Virus record (IMG/VR): IMGVR_UViG_3300049144_000011
Location: 1 to 57,285 of that record
Origin: a virus
Taxonomy: Duplodnaviria; Caudoviricetes
Direction: 5' to 3' (one strand)
Length of the DNA stretch: 57,285 nt
Below are positions 44,510 through 53,372 of this stretch, piece after piece; positions within the stretch are counted from its first letter, which is position 1, and the number at the start of each line of letters is the position of its first letter. The notes beneath the pieces are model-generated. The model did not search any database and was not told the DNA's origin. It saw only the letters and a list, made by a program, of their open reading frames with translations. Made by a program: the position numbers and the translations under genes.

Positions 44510-46831
44510 ATGGCTCGAAATCTTTTTGGCGGTTCTGCTGCCGACGTGGCAGAGGACATCGACGGGTCCCGAGTTCCCGATGCAACAGGTCTTGTCTTCG
44601 ATGGTCTGGGGCCTCAGGCCACTCAGATAACTGACCTTCTGGACGCTTCAGGCAACCCGATTCAGAACCTCACAACAGACGACCACGGCATGGTGGGACA
44701 CTTCTACGGGCCTGACGGGGCAACCCTCTTGTACGTCGACTTCGGCGCCGGGCGTGTTGCTCTCATCCCTGTGAACACCGCTGGACTTCTTTCTGAACAC
44801 GTCACCGCGGATGACCCCCACGGCTCCAAGGCGGCTGCTGTAGCCGAGATCACCGCCCAGAAGGGGGCAGCTAACGGGTTCGCCGAGCTGGACCAGTCAG
44901 GCAAGGTCCCGGAGGCTCAGTTGCCCTCGCTCACTGGGGCCTCCTCGAAGGCCCTTGGCTGGCTGGACATCACGAGTGGCGCCTATGGCGCAGTCGGTGA
45001 CGGTGTCACGGACAACACCGCTGCCATTCAGGAAGCTGTGAACGATGCGGCCCTTGCCAGGACTGCCGTGTACATCCCTGCTGGGACCTTCGTGACAGAT
45101 CAAATCACCCTGCCGGCAGGACAGGGCTACTCCATTTTCGGCGCTGGTTGGGGATCCTCCCTCAAGCTGAAGGGAGGGAGTAACGGGTACGTACTCAAGA
45201 TGTCGGGGACCGACACCCGTATTACCGTCAGAGACCTGACCATTGATGGCAACTGCTTGGAGCAAGGCACCACCGGCAACTCAGGCGGCATCGACGGATC
45301 CGGCGCAGTTGCCTGCCGTTTCGACAACATTCATTTCATCGCGTGCAGGGACAACGCCCTCTACCTGGGCGGCATGACTAATGGGGGCTTCGGCCACAAC
45401 AACCGGGTGTTGGGGTGCCTTTTCGATGAAAGCATGAACTCTCTCGGCCCTGGCCGAGGTATCCACATGAGCAGCAGCGATGAGAATCAAATCATCGGCT
45501 GTGACTTTGAATTCCTTGGAGGTTCCGGAGGGTCGATCTTCGGCACGGCTGTATGCATCCTGGACCAGTCCGGAACCCAGTTCATCGACTCCTGTAATTT
45601 TGTCGGCGGAGCCACGAACGGCACGAAGGGGATCCGCCTTCAGGACTGCTCATCCACGAAGATCGTTGGATGTAATTTTGATGGAACTGCCGGTGACTCC
45701 ATCTTCATTGCTGGCACAGGCAACTTGGTGTCTAACTGTACTATCTTTGGTCCTGGTGAAGTTGGATCTCTCGGAGGCCAAGTCTCCGGTATCCATCTGG
45801 AGTACGCCTCCAAGAACAACTCCATCATCGGCAACTCTATTGCCTCTTCGACGACCGCGGGCAAGACCCGTTCCCTTATCCGGGAAGAGGCTTCTGGTGG
45901 TGCAGGGCCCAACCTCATTACTGGGAACACCCTGATAGTCAGGGGCGCTCTTGCTGTGGCTCCCACTGAGATTGAGGGCGCGGGAACCCTCTTCTACAAC
46001 AACCTCGGCACCCTGAACGACTTCAAGTCTGACTCCGTGACGGTGAACAGCACGGGCAGAGCAGGGTTCTTCAAGACCACGAACCCTGTTGGCGGGCCCA
46101 TGGCCCACGCCCTAACGGTCTACCAGGCGTCAACTTCCGGCGTTGATGCGGCAGTTGCCCTGAACGTCATCTCTGATAACCCCGAGTCTTCCGCGATGTA
46201 CCTCTCGGGCAAGGAGCTGAACCGAGGGACTCTGAAGATCTCCCACTCCGGTACTGGTACTGACGCCGCCGCCGCTGCTCTCAGCATCGACCTCGTTGGT
46301 ACGGGCACCGCTGCTCAGGGCATCTTCATCAACACCTCTGACGCTCGTGCAGACGGAGTCCTCGGCACGACCGGCAACATCATCACTGTCCGGAACACCA
46401 AGGGTAGAGACGACTTCAAGCTGTCCGCCAACGGCCGCATAGCCATGGGTGGAGCCGTGGGCTATGTCCCAACTGCCATGGTGGATCTCCGTATGCCGGA
46501 CACTACGGTGCCTGCCCTGGTGGTCCGGGCCGCGGGCACGACCGGCGCCAACCTCATGGAGTTTCAGAGGAGTTCGGACGGAGCAACTCGAACCCGGATC
46601 TCTTCCACGGGGCAGCTGGTCTCACTGGAGACCATCTACGCAGCTGGCCCGAGCCTCCAGGTTGGTGGTACCTCGTCTACCACTGGAGGAGGCAGCGGGG
46701 TAGTTGGCATCACGAACGCTGGGGCTGTCCCCACCACAACTCCGGTCGGTGGCGGTGTGCTGTACGCCGAGGGCGGAGCCCTTAAATGGAAGGGCTCGAA
46801 CGGCACTGTGACCGTTATTGCGCCCGCATAG
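44510..46831 (+). CDS. Tail spike/receptor-binding protein with pectin-lyase-like beta-helix and HylP hyaluronidase-like domain
   Basis: YGAVGDGVTDNTAAIQ.A..VYIPAG; right-handed beta-helix repeats; ALNV.SDN..SSAM..G.E..RGTLKISH...AAALSID...GTAAQGI. Confidence 0.85.
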   Translation: MARNLFGGSAADVAEDIDGSRVPDATGLVFDGLGPQATQITDLLDASGNPIQNLTTDDHGMVGHFYGPDGATLLYVDFGAGRVALIPVNTAGLLSEHVTADDPHGSKAAAVAEITAQKGAANGFAELDQSGKVPEAQLPSLTGASSKALGWLDITSGAYGAVGDGVTDNTAAIQEAVNDAALARTAVYIPAGTFVTDQITLPAGQGYSIFGAGWGSSLKLKGGSNGYVLKMSGTDTRITVRDLTIDGNCLEQGTTGNSGGIDGSGAVACRFDNIHFIACRDNALYLGGMTNGGFGHNNRVLGCLFDESMNSLGPGRGIHMSSSDENQIIGCDFEFLGGSGGSIFGTAVCILDQSGTQFIDSCNFVGGATNGTKGIRLQDCSSTKIVGCNFDGTAGDSIFIAGTGNLVSNCTIFGPGEVGSLGGQVSGIHLEYASKNNSIIGNSIASSTTAGKTRSLIREEASGGAGPNLITGNTLIVRGALAVAPTEIEGAGTLFYNNLGTLNDFKSDSVTVNSTGRAGFFKTTNPVGGPMAHALTVYQASTSGVDAAVALNVISDNPESSAMYLSGKELNRGTLKISHSGTGTDAAAAALSIDLVGTGTAAQGIFINTSDARADGVLGTTGNIITVRNTKGRDDFKLSANGRIAMGGAVGYVPTAMVDLRMPDTTVPALVVRAAGTTGANLMEFQRSSDGATRTRISSTGQLVSLETIYAAGPSLQVGGTSSTTGGGSGVVGITNAGAVPTTTPVGGGVLYAEGGALKWKGSNGTVTVIAPA

Positions 46832-46885
46832 TTGAAACGAGACCATGGGGCCTCCTTCCGGGGAGGCCCTCTGGGTCAGGCTCTC

Positions 46886-46944
46886 GCGCGAGTCACTTAC
46901 TGAGGCTCTCACTCAAGACCATGCATCCGTGCGCGAGTCACATA
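46886..46944 (+). repeat. 45-bp-period direct repeat pair upstream of the lysis cassette
   Basis: GCGCGAGTCAC at 46886 and 46931; CACTCAAG at 46910. Confidence 0.8.
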
Positions 46945-46965
46945 AGAGGGAGGGACCTCATACCC

Positions 46966-47235
46966 ATGCTCGAAATCCTCAATTTCGGAGGCGCCCTTGC
47001 TGGTGTCGCCGGCGCAGTCTGCCTCGTCCTCGCGTCCGTCCGAACCAATTCGGCTCGCATCTGGAAAGAAGAGGCCGAAGCTCAGAAGACCCGCGCCGAC
47101 CGTCTTTTCAGTGAGCTTGAAGAAATCAAGAACCGGCTTACTCACTTGGAGGGCTACAACGCAACTTTGGTTGCTCTCCTGTCAACTATTGACCCACAGA
47201 AGCTCGAAGAGCTTCGACTTCACAGGGGGCTCTAA
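46966..47235 (+). CDS. Membrane protein with coiled coil (lysis cassette)
   Basis: N-terminal TM helix then coiled coil; coupled to the endolysin. Confidence 0.75.
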   Translation: MLEILNFGGALAGVAGAVCLVLASVRTNSARIWKEEAEAQKTRADRLFSELEEIKNRLTHLEGYNATLVALLSTIDPQKLEELRLHRGL

Positions 47236-48320
47236 TGGCTGCACCGATGTCTGCGAACCAAATGCTGGCACAGCTTCAGAAGTGGGGCGTGAAGTACCGC
47301 CCCTACAAGGATTGGCGCAACCACAACCGGAACCACAAGGGGGCTTGGGGCCCCGTTAACGGGTTCATGGTCCACCACACCGGCTCCGACTCCGATGACC
47401 AGCGTGCGCTTCTCTACAACGGCACGGCTGATCTGCCGGGGCCTCTCTGTCACTTCGGTCTGGCACAGGATGGCACGGTTTGGCTGATCGGATGGGGTCG
47501 TGCGAATCACGCCGGCTCGGGTGACGACGACGTTCTTCGGGCGGTTATAGACGAGAAGCCCATCCCGCACGATGACGAGAGCAACACCGACTTCAACTCC
47601 CGTTTCTACGGCGTGGAAATTTGGTACAACGGAAACCACAGGATGAGCGATGCCCAGTATGAGACGCTCCTGAAGCTTGCTGCGGCTATCTGTGACTTCC
47701 ACGGCTGGGGTAAGTACAGCGTCATCGGTCACGGGGAGTCTGGTTCTCCGGGCAAGTGGGACCCCGGTTACGCACCTGGGCACATGATGGACATGGACCC
47801 TGTCCGGGACGACGTCCAGGCGCTCCTTGACAAGGAGGACAAGCCTGCCACTCCCCAGAAGCCTTCTCAGCCCAAGCCGGCTGGAGACACGTACACCGTT
47901 CTTGCGGGTGACACTCTCTCCTCCATCGGGAAGAAGCTGAAGGTTGCTTGGGAGGGCCTCGCCAAGGAGAACGGCCTCAAGGCTCCGTACAGCATCAAGC
48001 CTGGCCAGAAGCTGAAGGTTCCCGGCAAGTCGACGGCTCCCAAGCCGGCCGTGTCCTACGAGCCGTTCCCTGGTGATGCGTACTTCAAGCGCCGGCCGAA
48101 GGGATCGCTGATCGAGCGCATGGGCAAGCGCCTGGAGGAGGAGGGCTACAAGGGATACGACCGCGGGCCTGGTCCTCAGTGGACCGACGCTGACCGAGAG
48201 GCTTTCTCCTGGTGGCAGAAGGAGTACAGCCGACGTCACAAGCTCGGTTGGTCCGGCAGTGCCGTTGACGGCTGGCCCGGCAAGACGTCTTGGGATGCCC
48301 TGAAAGTTCCGAAGAGGTGA
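47235..48320 (+). CDS. Endolysin: amidase_2 + LysM + peptidoglycan-binding domain
   Basis: MVHHT; GRANHAG; YGVE; IGH; KWDPG; YTVLAGDTLSSI LysM; DGWPGKTSW. Confidence 0.93.
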   Translation: MAAPMSANQMLAQLQKWGVKYRPYKDWRNHNRNHKGAWGPVNGFMVHHTGSDSDDQRALLYNGTADLPGPLCHFGLAQDGTVWLIGWGRANHAGSGDDDVLRAVIDEKPIPHDDESNTDFNSRFYGVEIWYNGNHRMSDAQYETLLKLAAAICDFHGWGKYSVIGHGESGSPGKWDPGYAPGHMMDMDPVRDDVQALLDKEDKPATPQKPSQPKPAGDTYTVLAGDTLSSIGKKLKVAWEGLAKENGLKAPYSIKPGQKLKVPGKSTAPKPAVSYEPFPGDAYFKRRPKGSLIERMGKRLEEEGYKGYDRGPGPQWTDADREAFSWWQKEYSRRHKLGWSGSAVDGWPGKTSWDALKVPKR

Positions 48321-48348
48321 GCCGAGGCCGGCCCTGGTGGTCGGCCTC

Positions 48349-48425
48349 GCGCGAGTCACTTACGCGCCTTCGCACTCAAGAGCACGCGCCCCCGCGCGAG
48401 TCACTTACGGGCACTTTCACTCAAG
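48349..48425 (+). repeat. 45-bp-period direct repeat pair downstream of the endolysin
   Basis: GCGCGAGTCACTTAC-N9-CACTCAAG at 48349 and 48394. Confidence 0.8.
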
Positions 48426-48588
48426 GACACTCCCTCAGATCAGCATCTGAAACCGCGCTCGAAGGAGCCCCCTCCCCGGAAAGTTCCGAGGTGGCTTGCT
48501 CCCCCTCTGTCAGTCCCTGTCTTCTGCCTTCAATCCCTAAGAGTGCCGGAGCTTTTCTCCTGCGTGAATGAAAGAATGGAGTAAGCCT

Positions 48589-48909
48589 ATGGCTACTCGA
48601 ATCAATCCTGTTCGTGTCAACCAGACTGGTGTCCCTTCCGGCAGTGGTGTGCCCGCGGACGTTGCTGCGGGCAATGTGATTGCCAATTCCGAGAGTGTGA
48701 AGCTCACCGTGGACAACTCCGCGGGGGGTTCTCCCCTGACTGTGACTCTCAAGACCTCTGCCACGGTGGAGGGATACGCCGTAGCCGACGTCACGGTTAC
48801 TGTGCCGGCGAACTCTAAGCGTGAGTTCGGTCGTTTCAGCCGGGCCCTGTTCGGCAGCGATGTGGAGTTCAGTTGCTCCGCAGCATGCACGCTGTACGTC
48901 TACCAGTAA
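48589..48909 (+). CDS. Beta-rich hypothetical protein (possibly virion-associated)
   Basis: RBS GGAG; Ig/decoration-like composition (inference). Confidence 0.7.
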   Translation: MATRINPVRVNQTGVPSGSGVPADVAAGNVIANSESVKLTVDNSAGGSPLTVTLKTSATVEGYAVADVTVTVPANSKREFGRFSRALFGSDVEFSCSAACTLYVYQ

Positions 48910-48921
48910 GGGAGTGCAAGA

Positions 48922-49125
48922 ATGAAGGAATCGATCCTCCAGCACGTAGTTCGTATCTGCGCGGTAGTGGCCGCACTTGCGCCTGTGGTCGTGGCCCTAC
49001 TCGATTCGCTCCCGTGGGAGTCCGCTGTCACTCTGTCTGCCGTTGTGCTGGCTGCTGGCGAGATTGCCCAACGTATCGAGAATGACAAGACGCTACGCGC
49101 CTACCTGACTACTCCCCCGGAGTAG
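48922..49125 (+). CDS. Putative holin
   Basis: Two hydrophobic helices; last gene of the late operon. Confidence 0.7.
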   Translation: MKESILQHVVRICAVVAALAPVVVALLDSLPWESAVTLSAVVLAAGEIAQRIENDKTLRAYLTTPPE

Positions 49126-49177
49126 TCCCTTTGATCTAGGTCCTGTGGAGACAGGTTCTAGGGTGATGAGAGAACAC

Positions 49178-49212
49178 AAAAAAGCCCCCGGCCATTTGGC
49201 CGGGGGCTTTTT
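49178..49212. terminator. Bidirectional terminator between the late and early arms
   Basis: AAAAAGCCCCCGGCCA-TT-TGGCCGGGGGCTTTTT. Confidence 0.88.
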
Positions 49213-49219
49213 CTCGTTT

Positions 49220-49369
49220 CTACTGGTGCCTAGACAGCTCCAGGTAGTTTCGCTGGCCTAGTTCCTCGTTCAGATGAGCAATCAGCCGGTGAATATCCGC
49301 AGTCGGAAGCTTGACAGCCTCCTCCCTGACATTCTCGTAAGCGGCAGCCTGAAGTTCTTTGTCACCCAT
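49220..49369 (-). CDS. 49-aa hypothetical protein
   Basis: RBS GAGAGGA; MGDKELQAAAY... Confidence 0.55.
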   Translation of the reverse strand: MGDKELQAAAYENVREEAVKLPTADIHRLIAHLNEELGQRNYLELSRHQ

Positions 49370-49628
49370 GTGTTCCTCTCAAACCTTCCCAGAACCTGTT
49401 AGGTAGTCACCAGACAGTACCGCCTTACGCCTAGCTCCACAGAGCAGCCAGCATCAGTGCACACACGACAGCTCCAGGGATGTAAATGCACAGTACCTCA
49501 AACAGTCGGTTTCGCATGATGACCCCCCGTTTCGTTCTTCCATCTGCCGTCCGACCACCTACGGACGAGACCAGTGTACCGACCCTGAACGTACCGACAG
49601 GGCTTACTCTTGGGCATGGTTCCGGGAT

Positions 49629-50990
49629 TCACAGCCATCCCCCTGCAAGCACAAGTTCCGGGGCCTCTGAAGACTCCTTTAGGGACAGTTTCACAGGATG
49701 CTCCTGGAGGATGTCCGGGACAGTAAGAGCCTCAGTCTCCGGAGGTTCCGCAGACTCCTCAGGCTCTTCCGAAACTGCCTCACTCGGGCTGGTCCGGCGA
49801 TATAGTACCGGTCGCCGGCCTCGCCCCGTAGCCGTTTCTCCGCGGACTACCTCCACATCATCCATGCCCTCAATTGCGGACCGGAGACTTGCTGCTGTAG
49901 CTCGCATCCCCAGGGACCGGAGCATGAGGCTAGAGGTTACCTCCCCCTCGTACCGGTCCAGGATCTCCCGAATGAGATCAGGCAGATCCTTAGTCACCCT
50001 TCGGGAAGACTCGGCTACGTCATCTCCGCGGACCAACTTTTCAACGCTGCGCATGCTGTACTGGACGAATGCCCACGCTGCGTCAATAGCCTTACGGCTC
50101 ACCGTTGTACGACGTTCGGAAGCCACAAGGGTAGCGGCTACTCGAATGATCTGCTCTGGCGTACGTTCGACGTAGCATCGAAGATGCTTTGGCATCTCGG
50201 TTAGCTTGTCCAGGAATATGGCACGCAGCTCATCAAACCTGCGTGCTGCCGAGTTGTCCAGGGAGATTACCCGCGGAGTCTTCCGGACCCAATCGTATGC
50301 CTCATCCAAACCAGGAATCTCCGGATACAGTTCCTTGTGCCCGTAGGGAAGTACCTTAGAGCCCTCAACCATTACAGGCAACAGCCGGTTGAAGGATCCA
50401 CCCTTTGCATCCCGTGGCTTGACGTACTCCGACCACTCCCCAGGAGTGATATGGGCATGGAACCCTAGCCTAGGCTCCTCCACCACCATATGAACCTTCG
50501 TGGTGGTGTGCCGAATGGTCACGCCATCCCAGCACGACCGAAGCTTTGATGCGAACGTGGGGCACCGATTCTGACGAGACAGGTTCTCTCGCCATTCGTC
50601 GTCTACAATCATCAGACGAGTGTCCGTTCCTCCTTCCGTCCCTTCTGTCTCCTCCTGCTTTGAGTACAGGAGTTGGGTTAGAGACGGTCCGGAACTTACT
50701 CCGCCGGCGGTACGGGCAGCTAGGAAGTCCCCGATAGCGTGAGTCAGCATCCCCCGAGCTACCCTAAGAGCCGTTCCCTTACGTCCTAGGGCACTCTCGC
50801 CGGCAAGCACAGTCCAGACGATAACCGGTCTATCGTCCGCAGTCTTTACGTGACCACAGATAGCACTTGACCATAGGGCCAGGATAGCGGCGTAAATGCC
50901 TACCGGGTCCGCCTCCGTATGAGGTTCCGCAAGCGCTACAGCGTCCCCTATGGGTCCGTATCGCATGCCCTCGAATGCTTCGAGACTCAC
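49629..50990 (-). CDS. DUF3987-like P-loop NTPase with C-terminal winged helix
   Basis: TEADP; LAGES..GRKGT; SSGP; IVDDE; WDG; G.FNRLL; TGRGRR..YR. Confidence 0.75.
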   Translation of the reverse strand: MSLEAFEGMRYGPIGDAVALAEPHTEADPVGIYAAILALWSSAICGHVKTADDRPVIVWTVLAGESALGRKGTALRVARGMLTHAIGDFLAARTAGGVSSGPSLTQLLYSKQEETEGTEGGTDTRLMIVDDEWRENLSRQNRCPTFASKLRSCWDGVTIRHTTTKVHMVVEEPRLGFHAHITPGEWSEYVKPRDAKGGSFNRLLPVMVEGSKVLPYGHKELYPEIPGLDEAYDWVRKTPRVISLDNSAARRFDELRAIFLDKLTEMPKHLRCYVERTPEQIIRVAATLVASERRTTVSRKAIDAAWAFVQYSMRSVEKLVRGDDVAESSRRVTKDLPDLIREILDRYEGEVTSSLMLRSLGMRATAASLRSAIEGMDDVEVVRGETATGRGRRPVLYRRTSPSEAVSEEPEESAEPPETEALTVPDILQEHPVKLSLKESSEAPELVLAGGWL

Positions 50991-51163
50991 TTACCCTCAC
51001 CCGCCATCATACGGGCGTCAATCTCTGCGCCATAGAAGTTGTACAGTACCGCCGCAGCGTCCTTCACGTTCTTAGGAGTGTGAAGGTGCCCCCATACGTG
51101 CCACAGCTCTTCACGCGCGTGCTGCAAATCTTCAACTGACTTGTGCTTTAGCGTGTCCAGCAT
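50987..51163 (-). CDS. 58-aa hypothetical protein
   Basis: Coupled on both sides. Confidence 0.55.
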   Translation of the reverse strand: MLDTLKHKSVEDLQHAREELWHVWGHLHTPKNVKDAAAVLYNFYGAEIDARMMAGEGK

Positions 51164-51357
51164 TACTTGCCCTCACTCTCTTCAGTCGGATCCCCGAGCA
51201 AGCCAACAAACTGTTGGGCTAGGGCTTTCTCGTGTTCCTCGCACAGGAACCAGGTCTTACCGTCCAACGTGAATTCCATGATGGACTCCCGCGGAGTCTT
51301 GCTCTTTTTCCAGCATGGGTCACACGCCGTGTCTAGTTCAATGACTACCTTTGCCAT
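51163..51357 (-). CDS. Lsr2 dimerisation-domain-like protein with no DNA-binding domain
   Basis: MAKVVIEL..ACDPC...EFTLDG...LCEEHEKAL; no C-terminal RGR domain. Confidence 0.5.
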   Translation of the reverse strand: MAKVVIELDTACDPCWKKSKTPRESIMEFTLDGKTWFLCEEHEKALAQQFVGLLGDPTEESEGK

Positions 51358-51438
51358 GGGGCCTCTCATCCGTTTGAGCTTCCATGAACGCCGGCTCACG
51401 TTTCCGTGAGTCGACGAACACGAGAGTTCATGCGGTAA

Positions 51439-51660
51439 CTAGAAACCTCTTTGGCTGTATTCCTGTCGCAACTCTGCTTGCCTCCTACCCAACTGGCCCC
51501 GTATGGTGTTCATTGCTCGATACAGTTCGAGTTGTTCGACTGAGTTGGGCTCTTTGTTTGCAGCTCGGTTACTCAGCTGACGAAGTACGTAATCGACACC
51601 CGCCAAATACTCTTCTACAAACTTGTTCTGTAGTGCGTATTTGAACCTATGGTCAGTCAC
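51439..51660 (-). CDS. Hypothetical protein
   Basis: GTGA-coupled; RBS GGAGG. Confidence 0.55.
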   Translation of the reverse strand: MTDHRFKYALQNKFVEEYLAGVDYVLRQLSNRAANKEPNSVEQLELYRAMNTIRGQLGRRQAELRQEYSQRGF

Positions 51661-51896
51661 ACTGCCTCCCGGTACGTTCGTGTCGTACGTTCCCGCATGA
51701 ATTCCTTTGTGACTACCGAGATGAATATCTGAGTCACGATCCGCGGGTTTGCGTAGACCTTGGCCGCTGTCACGCAGTCCTCTAGCACTTCCCGCAATGC
51801 AGCCATGCGGAGCGTTGACGTAGGCTGCCACGCTGCATAACCGGCCCGGAGAGACAGCGTCTCTATGTCCGATGCATAGCGCTTCATCAGGCTCAT
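51657..51896 (-). CDS. Hypothetical protein
   Basis: RBS GGAGG. Confidence 0.55.
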   Translation of the reverse strand: MSLMKRYASDIETLSLRAGYAAWQPTSTLRMAALREVLEDCVTAAKVYANPRIVTQIFISVVTKEFMRERTTRTYREAV

Positions 51897-51900
51897 TCGC

Positions 51901-52155
51901 TTACCTCCACACCGTAGAGACGCGTACGGCAAAGTTGTCCGAGATCGGAGTCAGGATGCGGACGCACGTCACGAGAGATGCTCGGTCAAGGATTCCCCTT
52001 GCGTGACTCTCAGCAGCCGCATAGTCCTTTGGTTGGGGGTGGAGCCAGGATTCAGTTTCGAACGGCTCCCCCTCCATATCCACCCCAACTAGCTCGAAGA
52101 ACAGAGTGGCCGGCTCGAAGGTGACCCCGTTTACGGTTTCCTGCTTGACGCTCAT
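51901..52155 (-). CDS. Hypothetical protein
   Basis: ATGA-coupled. Confidence 0.65.
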   Translation of the reverse strand: MSVKQETVNGVTFEPATLFFELVGVDMEGEPFETESWLHPQPKDYAAAESHARGILDRASLVTCVRILTPISDNFAVRVSTVWR

Positions 52156-52352
52156 TCGCCCACCCCTACGACCCGCAGCACATTTTCCGGGTGCACACCT
52201 TCAATGAGCACGCCGTTTCCACTTTGCAGGGTCACTGTTCCGTACCCCACCCCGCACAGCCACGCGGTCCGCTTTTCCATGTCCGGGTCCAAGTACTCCA
52301 CAATGGGAGGGTTCTTGGGATCGAACGCGGTTCGGAGTTCTTCAATGCTCAC
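52152..52352 (-). CDS. Hypothetical protein
   Basis: RBS GGAGG. Confidence 0.65.
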   Translation of the reverse strand: MSIEELRTAFDPKNPPIVEYLDPDMEKRTAWLCGVGYGTVTLQSGNGVLIEGVHPENVLRVVGVGE

Positions 52353-52429
52353 TTGCTTACCTCCGTGACTTGAGAGGGGCCGCGACCTAGCCGTTTGCTA
52401 GGTCGCGAATCAACCTTTCGGGCATGCTT

Positions 52430-52633
52430 TTAGCTGACAGGCCGGTAAGTCGTGTGAGGTTCGTTCTCCTGCCGATGCGTTTCACACCGCGCCTGACAGG
52501 CGTGATGCTTGTTCCCCCGGAACTCCGAGCATGCCCAGTGGGTTGGAGTCTCCTGACAGAACGGAATGCACTTCATCCCCTCTGTGGCCACGTAGCTGGA
52601 GTAGTGGACGCCGATTCGGTTAGACACGTTCAT
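52430..52633 (-). CDS. Cys/His-rich hypothetical protein
   Basis: CxxxC...C...HH.C...C..H. Confidence 0.55.
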   Translation of the reverse strand: MNVSNRIGVHYSSYVATEGMKCIPFCQETPTHWACSEFRGNKHHACQARCETHRQENEPHTTYRPVS

Positions 52634-52675
52634 TCCCCTTTGTTGGTTTGGGTGTGCTGTCTGTTTGAAGGGGGG

Positions 52676-52861
52676 TTAGTCGACGGATTCCCGCGAAAGG
52701 ATTCGGATGTTGTGGGAGTGGTTTGGAACCCCGAAATAGGAGTTGGACACGACCTCTGCCAGAATGAATCCTGGTACGTTCATGTCTACCGAAACGATTG
52801 ACTCCCTCGGCACGGATTCCTTGCCGAATGCGAGTTCCCAAGTAACCTTGACCTTGTCCAT
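52676..52861 (-). CDS. Hypothetical protein
   Basis: RBS GAGAGG. Confidence 0.55.
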   Translation of the reverse strand: MDKVKVTWELAFGKESVPRESIVSVDMNVPGFILAEVVSNSYFGVPNHSHNIRILSRESVD

Positions 52862-52881
52862 GATTGTCCCTCTCGTTGTGT

Positions 52882-53064
52882 TTAGCAGGAGTAAGCGTCG
52901 TCACGCTGGCAGTCGTACGTGTAGGAGTAGCCCGTGATATTCGGAACGGGCCTCTCACACTCCGCGCTCTTGCAGTCCGAGCACAGTTCAGGCTTGTCAA
53001 TATCGCTCGACACCGTGACAGCCATGCAGTCTCGGCAACCACAGAACGTGTATCCACTAGCCAT
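52882..53064 (-). CDS. Cys-rich hypothetical protein
   Basis: CGCRDC...LCSDC...C...CQR. Confidence 0.65.
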   Translation of the reverse strand: MASGYTFCGCRDCMAVTVSSDIDKPELCSDCKSAECERPVPNITGYSYTYDCQRDDAYSC

Positions 53065-53066
53065 GG

Positions 53067-53372
53067 TCACTCGCTCCATTCCGTCATGGCGTGACGCTCA
53101 CCGTGGAAGTCACTTCCGCATCCCTGGCAAGTGCTTGTGCTGTGCGTGTTCGTCTCACAGTCGCACTCGCCATACTCGATGCCGTTCTCGTCCGAGTTGC
53201 ATTCGTGTTCTTCGGAAACCATGCCCATGGACACGTGATTGGACAGGAGAGACAAAGGATCCCCGCCCTCATGTCCGTCCGGGTTGTGGCAGTCTCCGCA
53301 CTCCCCATTTGCATGGTGGTGTAGGCAGTTCGTACACACCCAAATAGTCCAGTGTTCCCGCGTGTCACTCAT
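53067..53372 (-). CDS. Cys/His-rich hypothetical protein
   Basis: WVCTNC...CDCE...CQGCGS..HGERH. Confidence 0.7.
   Translation of the reverse strand: MSDTREHWTIWVCTNCLHHHANGECGDCHNPDGHEGGDPLSLLSNHVSMGMVSEEHECNSDENGIEYGECDCETNTHSTSTCQGCGSDFHGERHAMTEWSE

Larger units (their letters stand above)
25613..46844 (+). promoter_or_regulatory. Six stoperator-like sites in the rightward virion operon
   Basis: GTTGAAACGAGACC or variants at 25613, 25772, 26886, 32499, 34809, 46831; all intergenic or at gene junctions. Confidence 0.8.

Noticed and set aside
46886-48425. 45-bp repeats as a CRISPR mini-array, with the Cas4-like gene as a cas gene
   Set aside because: Only two units per locus, variable parts of 9-13 nt, and no cas1/cas2 or effector; stand-alone Cas4/RecB nucleases are common phage recombination genes
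49210-49223. TTTCTCGTTTCTAC, and GGTCTCGGTCGAAC near 525, as stoperators
   Set aside because: Three mismatches each, including the most conserved positions; not counted
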